Shown here: piece after piece, positions 11,301 to 24,326 of the stretch
Layout: every line of letters begins with the position of its first letter
How positions within the stretch are numbered: the first letter of the stretch is position 1
NCBI RefSeq assembly: GCF_036365525.1
Contig: NC_090372.1
Span: 74,758,078-74,822,077, forward strand
DNA from: Heterodontus francisci
Lineage: Eukaryota
DNA length: 64,000 nucleotides
Reading direction: 5' to 3'
The notes under the pieces: generated by a model
The model's input: only the letters and a program-made list of their open reading frames with translations
Told to the model about the DNA's origin: nothing
The model's database searches: none
Position numbers and translations under genes: made by a program

Positions 11301-13799
11301 TAGAAATATTCCAAAACTGGGATAAAACCGGGCGGCAATAGTTTCAAAGCAGAAACACATTCGATCTGTGAAAATTTTTGGCATTCTAATTGTACCATTT
11401 AGAATAAACTATAAACGTTGACGCCTTTATTTCCGTTCAGATAACATCTGTGTGAAGTTGCAAAGCCAATTTGTGGGAATGCAGTGTGCAATGACGACAG
11501 CGTGTTCAAAGTGCTTTCATCATTTTCGAGTCTAATTGGCATACAGCGTGTAATTTGGCAACGATTTACAAGATATATAAAAAACATAAAATAAAACTAA
11601 CCAAATCCTGGAGACATCTGCACGAGAGTTTTCAAAACTGGACGAGCCGGCCCCGTGGCTAGACTTCAAGATCTCAATTTCAGAAAAGTCATGACTGAAG
11701 ATAATCGCAAACACCAAACGTTATGTTGGGGTGTGTTTTGTTTACGAAAGATTGAAGCACTTTTTAGTTATCCGCACTAGTCTGAAATTAAATACTTCAT
11801 TTAAAAGTGTTAAAATAGCCCGCTTGTGCTGGCTTTTAAAAGCCAAACTATAATTTAACATTAAAGAAGGAAACTTCAAAACCACGGTGGCTTCTAGTTT
11901 TTTTTTAAGTCTATCAATCATATAAGCTTGGGAGAAGTTCGCGAGCAACGAGTAAATAATAAAAGTCGAGCCACAAGCAGAATGAATTTTAAGTAAAAAT
12001 TTTAATTTTTACCATTAGATTTGTGAAAACAAGATAAGGAGGAAATGAATACACCTCGCATAATCGAAGCACGTTTGAATTGAGAAAGATTATTCTTTAA
12101 ATAATGGTGTCTGAATGAATCGCCTTACACAACTTACTCAGGCGCCTGATAAAGAATAATTTCCAATTTCTTGATAAAGTGTATTTTAAATCAAAACTCA
12201 GTAAATGAAATGAAAGACGTTAAGCTAAAGGACTGAGCTGAACTGCATTTTAAACAGGGCCTGGCTGTTACCCGAAATGGTGGTTTGAACAGCACAAACT
12301 TGACAGTATTTTTTCTTTAAAACCAGACCGAAGATAGTTTTCAGGTGGGACAATCATGTTGGGATTGAATCACGCTTCGTGTTTATAACAGCGCATATTT
12401 TCCGGAAGATGTTCTTTTGTATTGCACTGAAGAAAATAAAAAATTAAGAAAAAGGTTTTAACTCACGCAAAGTGTCCTTCTAAAACATGTCGTACATTAA
12501 TATACCTAATAAAGAGGATGATAGCATTTAATATTGTAAATGAGATTTTATAAATTTTATTTGAATGTAATATTTGTGATTTATTTACAATAGTAATTTA
12601 AAACCAGTTAAATCGACATACGGGAAACTGTATGCAAATGCAATTCCTATTAAAAGCGCTTTGCTTTCTCTCAGTTAATCTGCTGTGTTCATTTTACCAA
12701 GGAAAGGTTACCATAGGTATGTATATTTGTTGTATGAAATTACTTTAATGGTACATTCGTAAGATCGCACAAAATCTATCCTATTGCAAAGTCTATGTTG
12801 TAGAATCATGTGGATACATAGATTTAAAATGGTTTAATTCCAATCGGACGCTCAATTTGAGTAACTGGACCAACAGAATAAAGAGCCATGGTGTTTGTTT
12901 ACCGCCTTGCTTAGATTAAAGCTTCTGTTTGTCTCGTCTAAACAGCCAATATAATGGGACAAGTCTGCTTTCTGTGTTTAGTCTAGTTTCCTGCAGAGCC
13001 GACCGAGCCGCGCTTCCACAACATTCCGCCGAGGTCGCTGTTTCGTAGAACAAAACAAATTTACGCGCCCAGGCGCCATGTAATGATCATAACCGAGGCC
13101 TTGCGCCTTTCAAGTAATTTCTTTGTCTTGCACATGGTAGAATAATAAGCTTAAAACGTGCATCCTAAATCACTTGGCGCAAGCTTTTTTATTTTCGATT
13201 TTCACCGGGAATTAAAAGATCAGCTATGTACAAAATGCACGAAAGAAATATGTTCCGTTTAGGCGATGTTAATATGATGATGAAATATTTATCACTAACA
13301 AAGAGAAAATCTGCAAGGCATCGATTACGCAGTTGTGCAGATGAAATTGCAGTTATCTGCAGTGGAATAGCGCCGGCCAACATCAGTGTTTACAAATAAT
13401 AATTCGGCATATATGCTGCAAGGAAATCTGAAATTGATCATATTTAATTTAGACGTGAACTTGATCCTTCTTAGAAAAAACACATCTGATGAAAAGCATT
13501 ACACTTATAAAATCCCAATTGACAGTGACGTTAAGGAAACATGACCCAGTCAGTGCTCGCTTGCAAAGTATAGAAGGCACTCTGCTCTTCAAGAATTATT
13601 TTACAAAGTTGCATTAATTTAAAAAAAACTTGCCTAAGAAACAGTCGCCATTTCTTTTTACAAAACATTGTTACTCCTGTCACAAAACATGTAATTTTGC
13701 TGTTGGCCATATCAAAACAAAATCTTTTACTTATTCGTGGTTATTGAGTAACTGCGGTTTCTTTCCAAACCAGCGACAGAACTCACTGGCGAAGACTAT

Positions 13800-13883
13800 A
13801 ACTGCAGTAATTCAGGCAGTTTCGTGTTGTAGAGATAGACTTGAGCCCCAACAACATGAAACTACCTAAATCACACGCCAGTT
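13800..13883 (-). ncRNA. MIR196B: mir-196 precursor (HoxA-linked, mir-196b locus); mature 5p at 13868-13847
   Basis: The minus strand has TAGGTAGTTTCATGTTGTTGGG, a loop, and the complementary arm ACAACACGAAACTGCCTGAA, closed by AACTG...CAGTT. It lies between HoxA10 and HoxA9 as in other vertebrates. Confidence 0.95.
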
Positions 13884-15654
13884 CTATCACAGCTCTTTAG
13901 ATTCCTATCACTGTGCACACATAGGAATAACCTAAATGCACATTCAACAAGCTTGCTCAAATAGAAAAAATCACAATCATTATGCTTCTCGTCACAACCT
14001 CGCATGCAATTTAACAAACGCGCGAAAGGCACTCCTTTAACGCGCAATATTGTGGGTCCCTGAAATAATTTTCCAAACAGTTCAGCTTTTCGCGTTCCAG
14101 GCCGAATTTATATTCAAATGAATGGATTGCATTGCAAATTCAGCATGAGAATAATTGTTAGTTCTCCACTAAATATGGCGGATTCTTTATTATCTCTGTG
14201 CAGGATTTCACGCAATCTAAATGCATATCATTCATTCCAGTGATGTTAAGCCATAGCAACTTGTCTGCACTGCAATAATCACGAGTTCAAGGTTTGTCCG
14301 AAGAAAAGAGCTAGTCAGATGACATAGCCTATAGAGATATATTTTATTTTTCTCTTCTCACCCGCCAAAATATAAACGATACCGTAACGTTAACTTTTAT
14401 TTGCTAAAAGCACCGTTTGCATTTTAAAATATACTAAAGATGCAAGGCTGTTAGAAATAACCTCACCGATTATTTTAAAATATAGGATAATAGGCCTTAG
14501 CATTCGTTCCTCTTACAGACCTCACCTTCATTGTAAATGTCTCCAGAGGTCTTATCTGCTGTTTTTGTTCGATTCCTCACACTCTTCTGATTTTAGCCGA
14601 TTAAAAGATCTGAGTGTATTGTGCTCACAGAAAATCAATTTCCTACATCCGAGCGGTGCTCTGCTTCCTCTGTCTTCGTGGCTGTTCGCTCAACTGAAAC
14701 CACTCGTCCAAGACAGCAACAACCCAGATATACTAGCAAGTCATAAAACTCAACAAAAGCCGACAAACGTTACAGCACCATTGCTATATAGCCCAGACAA
14801 ATTACGACCGTCTAGGTAATATTTAAATAGATTGCAACGGTAATTGCCAGTCTTTAAACCTACCATTCCTGTTGGAAGCTTCCTCAACAGATGAGGTAAG
14901 AAAAAAACGAACACAAAATGAAGTAAAAACAATGTACATATACCTATCTCAAAGGACTCCGACCAAATACGTTTTATTCATCTTTCATGAAAACACAAGT
15001 ATTTTTTTAAATGTACACAGTTCAGCAGCAATAGGATTGAGCATGATTTGAGTCCTCTAGTAAGAGTATTTCATCTTTGCAAACCCAAATGAATCAATTC
15101 TATTTGTTTTTGTTTTCTTCTAAAAGTGAATCACGGCAGTGACTAGAACACATAAAGTATTTCACATTTACATGTGTTTTGATGCTTCCGTTCATGGTAC
15201 GTGATATCTTTATGTAACAACACACTTTACAGCATATTCACATTTAACTTCTATTAACATGTCAGTTTACGGTAGTTACTTTGGAACTATTTTAACAGCA
15301 TAGGTCATCTGTGTTTAGACATTACAAAGTTTGATTTACTTAGCTGATAATTGGTAATTAGCACAATTAAAAGATTGGTGCCCCCCCACCCCCCCACCCC
15401 GGCCAGTTGTTTGGAAAAATCATCATATAGGGCGATAGCTTCTGTGCATGCCATGCTTATCAATGGCAACACTTATTATAGTTACAGAAACAGACTACCG
15501 CCACAAATAAAAACAAGACACGTAAATCGCAAATATCTACAGCCAACAGAAGGCTGAGAAGTCAGAGGTAAGTGGAAAAGTTTTTAGTCTTTTAGCAACA
15601 TTAGCACAGCTTCCCGATGTCCCGTTAAAATCTGTAAACCAGCGTTTGTGTTTA

Positions 15655-15929
15655 TCATGAAAAGCTGAAGTTAGCTGTAAGCTCCCGAATCCTGTTTTCA
15701 CGGTTCATTTTCTTGAGTTTCATCCTGCGATTTTGAAACCAGATTTTGACCTGTCTGTCAGTCAGGTGGACACTGCGGCTAATCTCTAGGCGACGCTCTC
15801 GAGTCAGGTACATGTTGAAGAGAAACTCTTTCTCCAGCTCCAGGGTCTGATGTTTGGTGTAAGGACATCGTTTTTTTCTACCACTCTTTGCAGTCAACCA
15901 GTTGGCCCCGTTTTCAGCTTTCACCTCCC
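15655..15929 (-). CDS. HOXA10: HoxA10 exon 2 (homeodomain)
   Basis: Acceptor ttactag|GG after a long pyrimidine tract. Encodes [51 protein letters not shown]...[15 protein letters not shown]. Confidence 0.97.
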
Positions 15930-17319
15930 CTAGTAAGTAAAGGGGTGAGAAAGAGAGAAAGAGAGGACGAGAAAGAAAACAGAGAGATAAATAGGGAGAG
16001 ACGGGATAATAGATAAACAGGGAAAAGAGAAGAAAGTTTATCATGTTTCATCATATAATTTTCAATAGAAACCTAATTGTGATAGGTTGGATGCTTTTAT
16101 AAGTATGAAATATATTTAAGTGCCTATGAAATACTTAAATGCTATATCTTCCAATTTTCAATGTTTTGGTTTGAAACCATGGCACTAACAATTTATCTTT
16201 TATCTACAATCTATTTTTGCATATCCATATGGAACGCAAAAATAAGATATTTTCAATTACTTTATGAGTTGAACGGGTTTGTGAAATGTAGTGCTACATG
16301 ATGTTAAAGTGAGCTGTAGTTGCATTTAAACTGAAGACGAAATTAGTTTGAAAAACTCTATTTAGATGCTTAAATATATTTTAAAACGATTGTTATGTAC
16401 TTGGGGTGACACTGTCTGGTTTGATTTTATTCGACAAGAATCTCGCACATTTTCCCTTTTAGTATGCTTGATGACGGGCTCAGTACATAGTTATCCACTG
16501 AAAGAGAAATTTTACTGCAATTATCGGTCAAATTCAATATTTTGCTTAGCACCAGTAGGCGTGTCTTCCCCTCTGGTATCATTCCCAACTTTTTTCAGCC
16601 ATGTTTCATACCAAACAAAAATCTATGTTTATCTATTTCATTCGTCAGAGGAAATTAAGCAAAGTTTTTTGAATACGCAAACAAATCCAATTGAGCAGAT
16701 TGAAGTATGGAATCTTCGCTGGAATGTTTTAAGATCGTTGCCTTTTTAACACTTCATTGTTTCATTTTATTTGAAATAACTTTATAAAATGTTTTCATCG
16801 GATGTTCGTTAAGGTTAAGACTGACATTTTCCACAGAATGTCAGTCTTTCTATTGTGACACCTCCATGTAGCTGATCACCTGGATTTCAGACATAGCAAA
16901 AACTAACTAACGAATAAAACTGATGTATAACTCCAAATTTTGATTGTTTTTCTAGACAGATAAGTAATAATTCTGCCCTGGTCTAATACTATTAAATATC
17001 TTAAAGCAAAAGATGACAGTGTCACCTTTTAGCGTTTAGAAAACTTTTTTTCTTTTTTGCTCGAAAAGCGCGCTAGAACATAAAACATCACAGGGTTCCT
17101 TTGAGTATTATTTATTGGCTGTCTTCTGTTTACTTTGGACCCTGTGTGCAAATATGTCCTTCTATGCGGTACACTTAAATAACTGCAGAAAGGATTCGTG
17201 GTTTGTAACTTATCTGACAAGTTTAGAATGTGGCTACAATTGACTCTGGAGCGTGGGCTCGTGCTATAAACTATAGCAGGCATTAATTTTTACAGCATAG
17301 CTCACGCCCAAAAATAAAA

Positions 17320-17333
17320 AGTTCACAAGGTCA
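17320..17333 (+). promoter_or_regulatory. DR2 nuclear-receptor element (RARE-like) in the HoxA10 intron
   Basis: AGTTCA-CA-AGGTCA: two consensus half-sites with a 2-nt spacer. Confidence 0.55.
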
Positions 17334-17434
17334 GAATAAAACTCTCTTTGTTACGCTTGTTGGCTGTACCTGCCACGTCTACCCGTTTCTGAGTGCTGGC
17401 TATATAAATTCCCCTCTGCCTCTTATTTACCTAC

Positions 17435-18194
17435 CTTTTGTTTCTTTCTCAGGAGAGTTTTTGTTGCTTTCTGAAGGGACTGGAGATGACTCTTCGTTCG
17501 CTGAAGAAGCCGCAGCTTCTGCTTCTTCTCTTTCCGAACTGCAGGTTAAATGACCAGGGGATGTCCCTTCACTTCCTTTTCTCCCCAACTCAGTCGGGGT
17601 CGAAGCTGAAGAAGGGGGTGTTCCGAAACGGATCTGGGACTGGGGCACGAATGGAGAGGCCCCAACTTGCCCCGTGTTGCTATAAAGTGTCTGTTTGGAT
17701 GTCGGATAGGCTTGGGACAGACGGAAATAGCCGGGGACAGGAACCCCGCCGCTAGTAGTAGTGTCATTATTGGAGCACGATTCTGATGTCAGCCTTGGGA
17801 ACGTGGAAAGATCTGTTGCTGCTGCACTTTTGGGACATTTCTCAGAATCATATAAACAATATGCATTTTCTTCTTTGATATTCTGGGGGAAGGAGCATGT
17901 TGCTACTTGCTGGGTTGCAGGTTGCTCCATGCGACAAGACCTGGGGGGATCAGACCAGACTTCCATCCCGCTCATGTAAGGATGAGAAGTCAGGACCATA
18001 CTCTGAGAGTTGTTCTCGCTGCGTTTGCTCAGAGATGGGAAAAGTCCACAGTTCTGCGTGCCGTAAGACAGCTCAGAGGCAGGCGGCAGGTACACGCTGC
18101 TGTTAGGGTAATAGGTTCCTTCCCCGCCACGGCCCACGCTGATCAGAGAATCTACTAAAAAGGAGTTTGCAGACGGGCTGTCTGAGCATGACAT
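17435..18194 (-). CDS. HOXA10: HoxA10 exon 1
   Basis: MSCSDSPSANSFLVDSLIS...NIKEE..YCLYD...VPVPGYFRLSQAY. Phase-1 donor G|gtaggt at 17435/17434. Spliced CDS is 1035 nt, 344 aa. Confidence 0.97.
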
Positions 18195-21100
18195 TGTTGT
18201 GGGGCAATTTGGCGAAAGCAGAAGATATCCAGTTCAGGCTGACATTTCTTGTGCAAACACGCTGAGTATGATTAGAGATACCTCCGCAGCACGACAGACG
18301 GGACGAGCCAATCAAATGGCGCAGCTGGACATAAGCCCCTCCTCCACGGAGTGCTGCGTCACTCGAACTGCAATAAGGTCACCATATGTATTCGGTAAAC
18401 TGCAAAAGCATCTAAATGAATCTTTATTTACTCGGTTCTACTTTATTGGAATCACGTCCTTCAAATAAAATAAAAGCGGGGCTCCAATATGTAGCGCAGT
18501 ATCACCACAAGTTTCAGCAATACATTAAACAGGGTCACTGTGTCATGGTAGCAATCATTTTATTATTTTGAATTATTTACATGTGAAGTTCACAAAAAGG
18601 AAAGTTTTAGCCCTGTTATTAAGCACTTTTAATCACACGCTAAGGTTCCCTGGCAGGCACTGGCGAGAAAACATAAGTAATCTTGACTTTCCCGGGTCTG
18701 CTTGTGATTAGCCGGTTGCTGCTGCAGTTTCACAGTGATCACTGTAATTCTGATCCATACTGGGGCTTTTCTGATTGTTACTTCCACTACTATTCTGTGA
18801 CGCGTGGTGTTTAAGAATCACTTTTGAACATACAGCCGCAAGATTGCATTACTGTTTTGATGTTTGTAGTCTAATGTTTAGTAGATTAATGCAACGTGCT
18901 GCCGCTCTTTAGGTTAAGTGTAGCAGGTCAGTGACAACAAACTAATAAAGCAACATAATCTATATATTTTCTTTCCTCTTGTATTTCACCAGCATTAGAT
19001 ATTAGAAGTTGATTGAGCCTTGACCATTTCTGATATTTCATACTTACCATTTCAAGAAATCGAAAACATTTCTTTCAAAATGTTTTCACCATGTGTTCTT
19101 CGGCTGCCTGAGCTACAGTAGACAGCATTTACCACATCTATAAAATCGATCTCATCATTTCGTCTTAAAAATAGAAAACAAGACTGTTAAACAGAATTTA
19201 CAAGCAGCTCAACTACAAATCGGTCAAGTTTAAAACAAAGCGCGGAACAGAAGCTTCGTCCAGAGTTTCTCACTCCACCCCATCGAAAGGTAACTTTTGC
19301 AAATGAAGTCAGACAGAAAACTACAACTGCCTTGTCTCTGTTTCAGGAGAGAAGCGGGAGTTTTCGGTTTGAGTACTTTACTTTCGGAATGAAGTGGCGT
19401 TCAAGTACAAATATAAACCAAGTAAAGCTATTATCCTTAATATTAGCGCCGGTAGAAGTAAAGTGATATAACAATTAAAAAGACCCCCTCCCTCCCCCCA
19501 CACCCTCCCCCAACAAAAAAAAACCTTTTGGCCAAAGGAAACATACGCGCTTACTAGCGTGTACACGCTGTTTTTTTTTCAAATTGGTGATTTTGTGGCA
19601 TATCTGTACAATTTGACATATATCAATGCGGGTCGGGATAGGAGACATGTTATGTGTTTTTTGTTCGGCCACCTCTGTAATCAAGTGCAGCCAACAACGA
19701 CGCTCGCAAATGCAGCCTTTAGGTTGGGATCGGGAGTAAACAGTGTGATTTCACAGTGACAAAGGATTTAACCTTCAGTCTCTGGTATTGCTGCGCTTTA
19801 TTACCAGTTGATTTTAAGTCGTCCCCGAATTGTACCCCTACCCCCCACCCCCTCCCTCCCACCGTCACCAACCCCCATCTCTACACTATTATTTCAATTG
19901 TTATTTTAACTTCAGGCGCTGGATTAAAGTTCAAAAATGTTGCTAATCTAAAGCAGGTCATTTAAAATATCGTTTATATCGTTTGTGGTAAAGTCAGCGG
20001 GATATGAAGGCTGGCTTCACACGCATCGTGTTTGCTAAGAGGCCATCTCAGAGGATTCCTTATTCTTGCTTTTTTTTTAGTACAAACAACTGCTTGGAAT
20101 TATCAGGGTCGTGCAGAAAATCTATAAAAACCTGAAGGCGTTTTATCCAAAAAAAAGAAAATTTTCGCTTTTGCAGTCCCACTGTGCCCATGATACGTAT
20201 GATCATGGGAGCATACAAAGATTTAATGGGAGGGAAATAACAATTGTCATCTATACCAGAGTCTCATATATAAAAGCTCAAGCTGCTGTACACCAATGCT
20301 AACTAGCAGCGCGTTTATGTGTTGAAGGCTGGATATTTATCTGATGCTCTTGGTAAATATTACATTGCTCAATACATTGGTGCCATATTTAGATCATTTT
20401 ATTGATATGTTTTTGGAAAGGCTTAAACGTTTATAACCCAGTTTCCCAGTAAAACTGTAATGCAGATAGTGAATTGGTTTCTGCAGTTTCTAAAGACACT
20501 GCAGTCCTTTCTGAACTTTATGGGTAGGCATGGTTCGAAGGCCGTATGGGTCCTGTATCCATTTTAAAAAACGCTCTGGGAAATAATTGAAGCACCAAGG
20601 ATTTGCGGGAAAAAGTTTCTTCCCCAGTTTCTAAGGTGGTGGTAACTGCTAATTACGAAATTGTTAACCGTTAAGAAATATGCTTAACTCTTCTAAGAAG
20701 GAGGTAGGGGCAGATGAAGTGGCTTGAACATCAGTGACATGGCTAGACAAAACATAAATATAAGAAATAGCTACAGAAACTGCCTAAATCCGGCTGTTAT
20801 ACAATATTTTTTGTGGCGTTTAAAGCGTTCCCTTTACAAAAGAAAGAATAACGAAGACAATTTTCTTTCCGCCAAGCTGTATCGATTGTGGCTATAGAAA
20901 GATTTCTCCATTTCTCCTTCAACGCGCCAGCAATAAACAAACGTCTTGAGAAATTGCATCAAATGAGGTAAATGATATGTTGTCCAACCAGTGATAAAAG
21001 AGCGAACGTAGAAAGCAGTAGAGTGAGTGGTAGTTCTCTAGTAAATAAGTGATTTCAAAGCCTGAGCAGAGCAGGCTGACTGCACTCATAGTTCGGGCTC

Positions 21101-24100
21101 GTTCTTAGCCTAGATCGTGAACTTAGGCTGAAAGCCAGACAGAATGCTTATTTCACTCTGTTACCTGAAATAAAGCTCAGAGGGAAATGTTCATATATTC
21201 ACCTCTTGCCGCACTGAGTGAGATTACTTGTAAGTATTTACCTCTGATTTGCATTAGCAAAATCTATGCAACACTTTGTGAAGTCTCAAAAAGACGCTTC
21301 ACCCTTCAAGTGTACCGGCCATTGTATGAGCGCAGTAAATTCTTTTCAGTCTAACAACTAGAGCAAATATTTGCCATTCGCGTACTCTGATTTAACATAT
21401 ATCGTCTTTTTCTTAAAATATATATAATTCTCTTTGATTCGCCAAGATTTCGGGAGAGGTCGAAGAGAGATAATTGCTTTGTGCCTCAGAAATAAATCTG
21501 AAAACAATGGCGCCCTTTAACTGGCTATGTATTAAACGGTTTTATAGTCAGGCATCTGAGACCCCTGTGCAGTTTGTCTATCAGAATGTGTTTAAAAATA
21601 GATTCCTTTTAAAGGATACACTTTATGTAAACGTATAAATTATATGGATAAGAAAACACCGAAGACTTACAAACCCACGGCAATAGCTTTTCCCTTCTTT
21701 ACACATGATTTTTAAAACATTGAATAAATTAAAACAGAAACACTATCCTGCACTTTTTTTAAAAAAACGATACCCAACGGGAACTTTATACAGACTTTGA
21801 AATCAAAACAAAACCTAAAAGATACAGACCGCTGTCAAGAACGTTAAAAAAAAGTCAAGAGCAAGTCCCTGTTAAATTCACTTAAAGCTTACTTCTTATT
21901 AAATCTACAATCCCAGCTAATTTGTTTAATTGCCGCCAAAGCACTCCACTGCAGAAAGTGCGTTAGGGGAACTTACCGTCCAGAGTAAAAAAAATGTTAA
22001 AACAGAAAGAACCAAAGAACACAAATTAAACAATCTTTTTGCATTTGCATTTCAGTGTAAAAGAAACGGGGAATAGAGACAGAAAACCAAAAATAAAACA
22101 GTTTGAATAAAATGTAGCGGAACAACAGAAACCGACCCATGACTGTTCAACGAGATGATATGATAACAATACAATATTACTGCCCCAGTAAAAAAACTTG
22201 TTTGCTTAAATAGACTTCAATGAAGATGGCTTGAGTAATATATAGATATAGTTCATTAGTGTTTTTGAAGCCTTATTTTAGTTCAGCTACTTTATGTTCT
22301 TCATAATTATCTGCTAGGAGTCACTTTAACAAATGAAAACTCAAAGAGCGATTGAATTATATGATTTGAAATGAATCAACCGACTTTGAACATGGACAAT
22401 GCATAACATTTCACAAGGTAAAAGTTCTAACTTTGAAATTGAAGGTTTACATTCGCAGTGAAAATTATAGTCGTTTACACATTTTATATCTCAGCAACAG
22501 CTCTGTCGATCAAGGTGGTTCAATTAAAAACGCTCCTAACAATTCAAAGAAAGTGTTCTGATGAAAATAGGGTGGGGGAACTGTGTTGTCAGAGTTTAAA
22601 ATCTATTATCTAGACTGAATAGAGTGAATTGCTTCCTGTGCAGTATTGTGAATGACACGTTGATACCGCTTTCTTAAAAAAAACGACAAATCTTACAATA
22701 ACTCAGACGTTAATTTCCCTTCAGAGATTACAGGTGTAAATGTTCAAATTATGCAGCAACCACGCATGCAAAACACAAGAACATAAACACAGAAAAGCGC
22801 CAACACTCTCATATACACACTTCCATGCCGCGTTATAGTTAAAGAGAATTTGATTGGATTTTGTTGAAATACAGAGACGGGTTTCACTTATTTGAAAACG
22901 TAGGTTTATGTTAATTTGTATAATTTACAATCAGACCCACGAATTCTGATTTTATTTGGCATCATTGTAAATAAATGAGTACATAGTTTTTTTTCCGCTG
23001 ACAGAATTGTTCACTGGCTTTATTCCAAAAAAGCGGCAATTCAGTCGCTTAGGCCACGGTGAAGGTGACGCAGCGGGGGTTCGGTCACAAACCAAAAGAA
23101 TGCCGATATTATGCACCACGTCGAAAATAAAGTCTCGGTGTAAAATATACAATTCCAGCAAACTTCTCACATTAATCTATATAGAACTACACTGATTGGA
23201 ACGTTATCATTCAATAGTTTGATACCACAAAACAAAGATATTTTTGTGGTATAAATGATCAATTTAAAGTCGTTCAATAACGTAACGGAATGACAAATGT
23301 CTTAGAGAAAATTGCGGTGTTACGTTTTTGAATATGAAGTGCACACATGCTATATCTGTTTAATGTACAGCTTCAATGTTCCAGAATAAAGTAAACGTTA
23401 ATTTTCACTATTATATCTCCTTCTTTCAAACAAAGAACCTACTGTAACCAGTGTTACTACATTGTGCAATCGACGGCTGTAGAAACAAAGCTGTCTTGTA
23501 GCAAAGCGTTTTAAGTACATTATTACCCTGCTTGTGAGATCGGAGTTCAGTAACTACACAGCAGAAGCTAGTAAGCAAGGTAAAGTGCGTTGGGAGTTAA
23601 CTGTAAAATTCAGTTGAATTTGAATGGTTAAAAACGCAGCTAGATGCACAAAATGAACAACTGTTACAGTGTTTTCTTTCTCGGACAGAAGAAATTAGCT
23701 AATCTTAAAAAAAATCGACGAACGTGCAATTAAACTCCGGAATGTCTAGACGGTTCTATTTTCCGAACAGTTAAATTAAAGCTCACAGCAGCAGGTCGGG
23801 GCTAATGTTTGTTCTTTAGTTCCTCTTACTGTTTCTTACTCATCTCTCACTGTTCCAAAATGTTGGCAGTCTCACGTGGAAAATCTTCACTGTTTCTACG
23901 GCTTAATTGGGGATTTATTCAGTTATATATTAATTAACCCCTCAACTATTTAATCGACGGTTTAATACTTCCATACACTTGAAAGGTTGCCTCAGTAATT
24001 GCAAAACATGAAACGCCTTTTGGAGCACCAAATCTCAAGTCCCCAACAAGACCAAAGAAGGATTGCTGAAAATGTTTCTTTTTTAAATATATAGCCTTTA

Positions 24101-24308
24101 CCAAATAGGATACCGCAGACCTTTTGTATCTATTGCGACAGTAAACACAAAGATAATAACTGCCCTTAGAAATAAAACCCTATTTTTAGTTGTTTTGACT
24201 AGGTTCTGATCACAAAAATCACTTAGTTCTGTAATACCAGAATATAATTTTTGCAGCAAAACCCCCCCAGAATGAATCACTGGCGTGCTGTTGTGCAAGT
24301 GCTAATGC

Positions 24309-24326
24309 TGGACCCAGAGGGCGCTG
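24309..24326 (+). promoter_or_regulatory. Candidate CTCF site between HoxA10 and HoxA11
   Basis: TGGACCCAGAGGGCGCTG is close to the consensus TGGCCACCAGGGGGCGCTA. Confidence 0.6.

Noticed and set aside
16817-16848. Perfect 12-bp hairpin in the HoxA10 intron (similar short ones near 23222 and 58034)
   Set aside because: Too short for a pre-miRNA, and a few are expected by chance in 64 kb of AT-rich DNA. Bacterial terminator logic does not apply.
17438-18468. Plus-strand ORFs overlapping HoxA10 exon 1 (likewise at HoxA11 and HoxA13)
   Set aside because: Antisense shadows of GC-rich coding exons with no recognisable protein.
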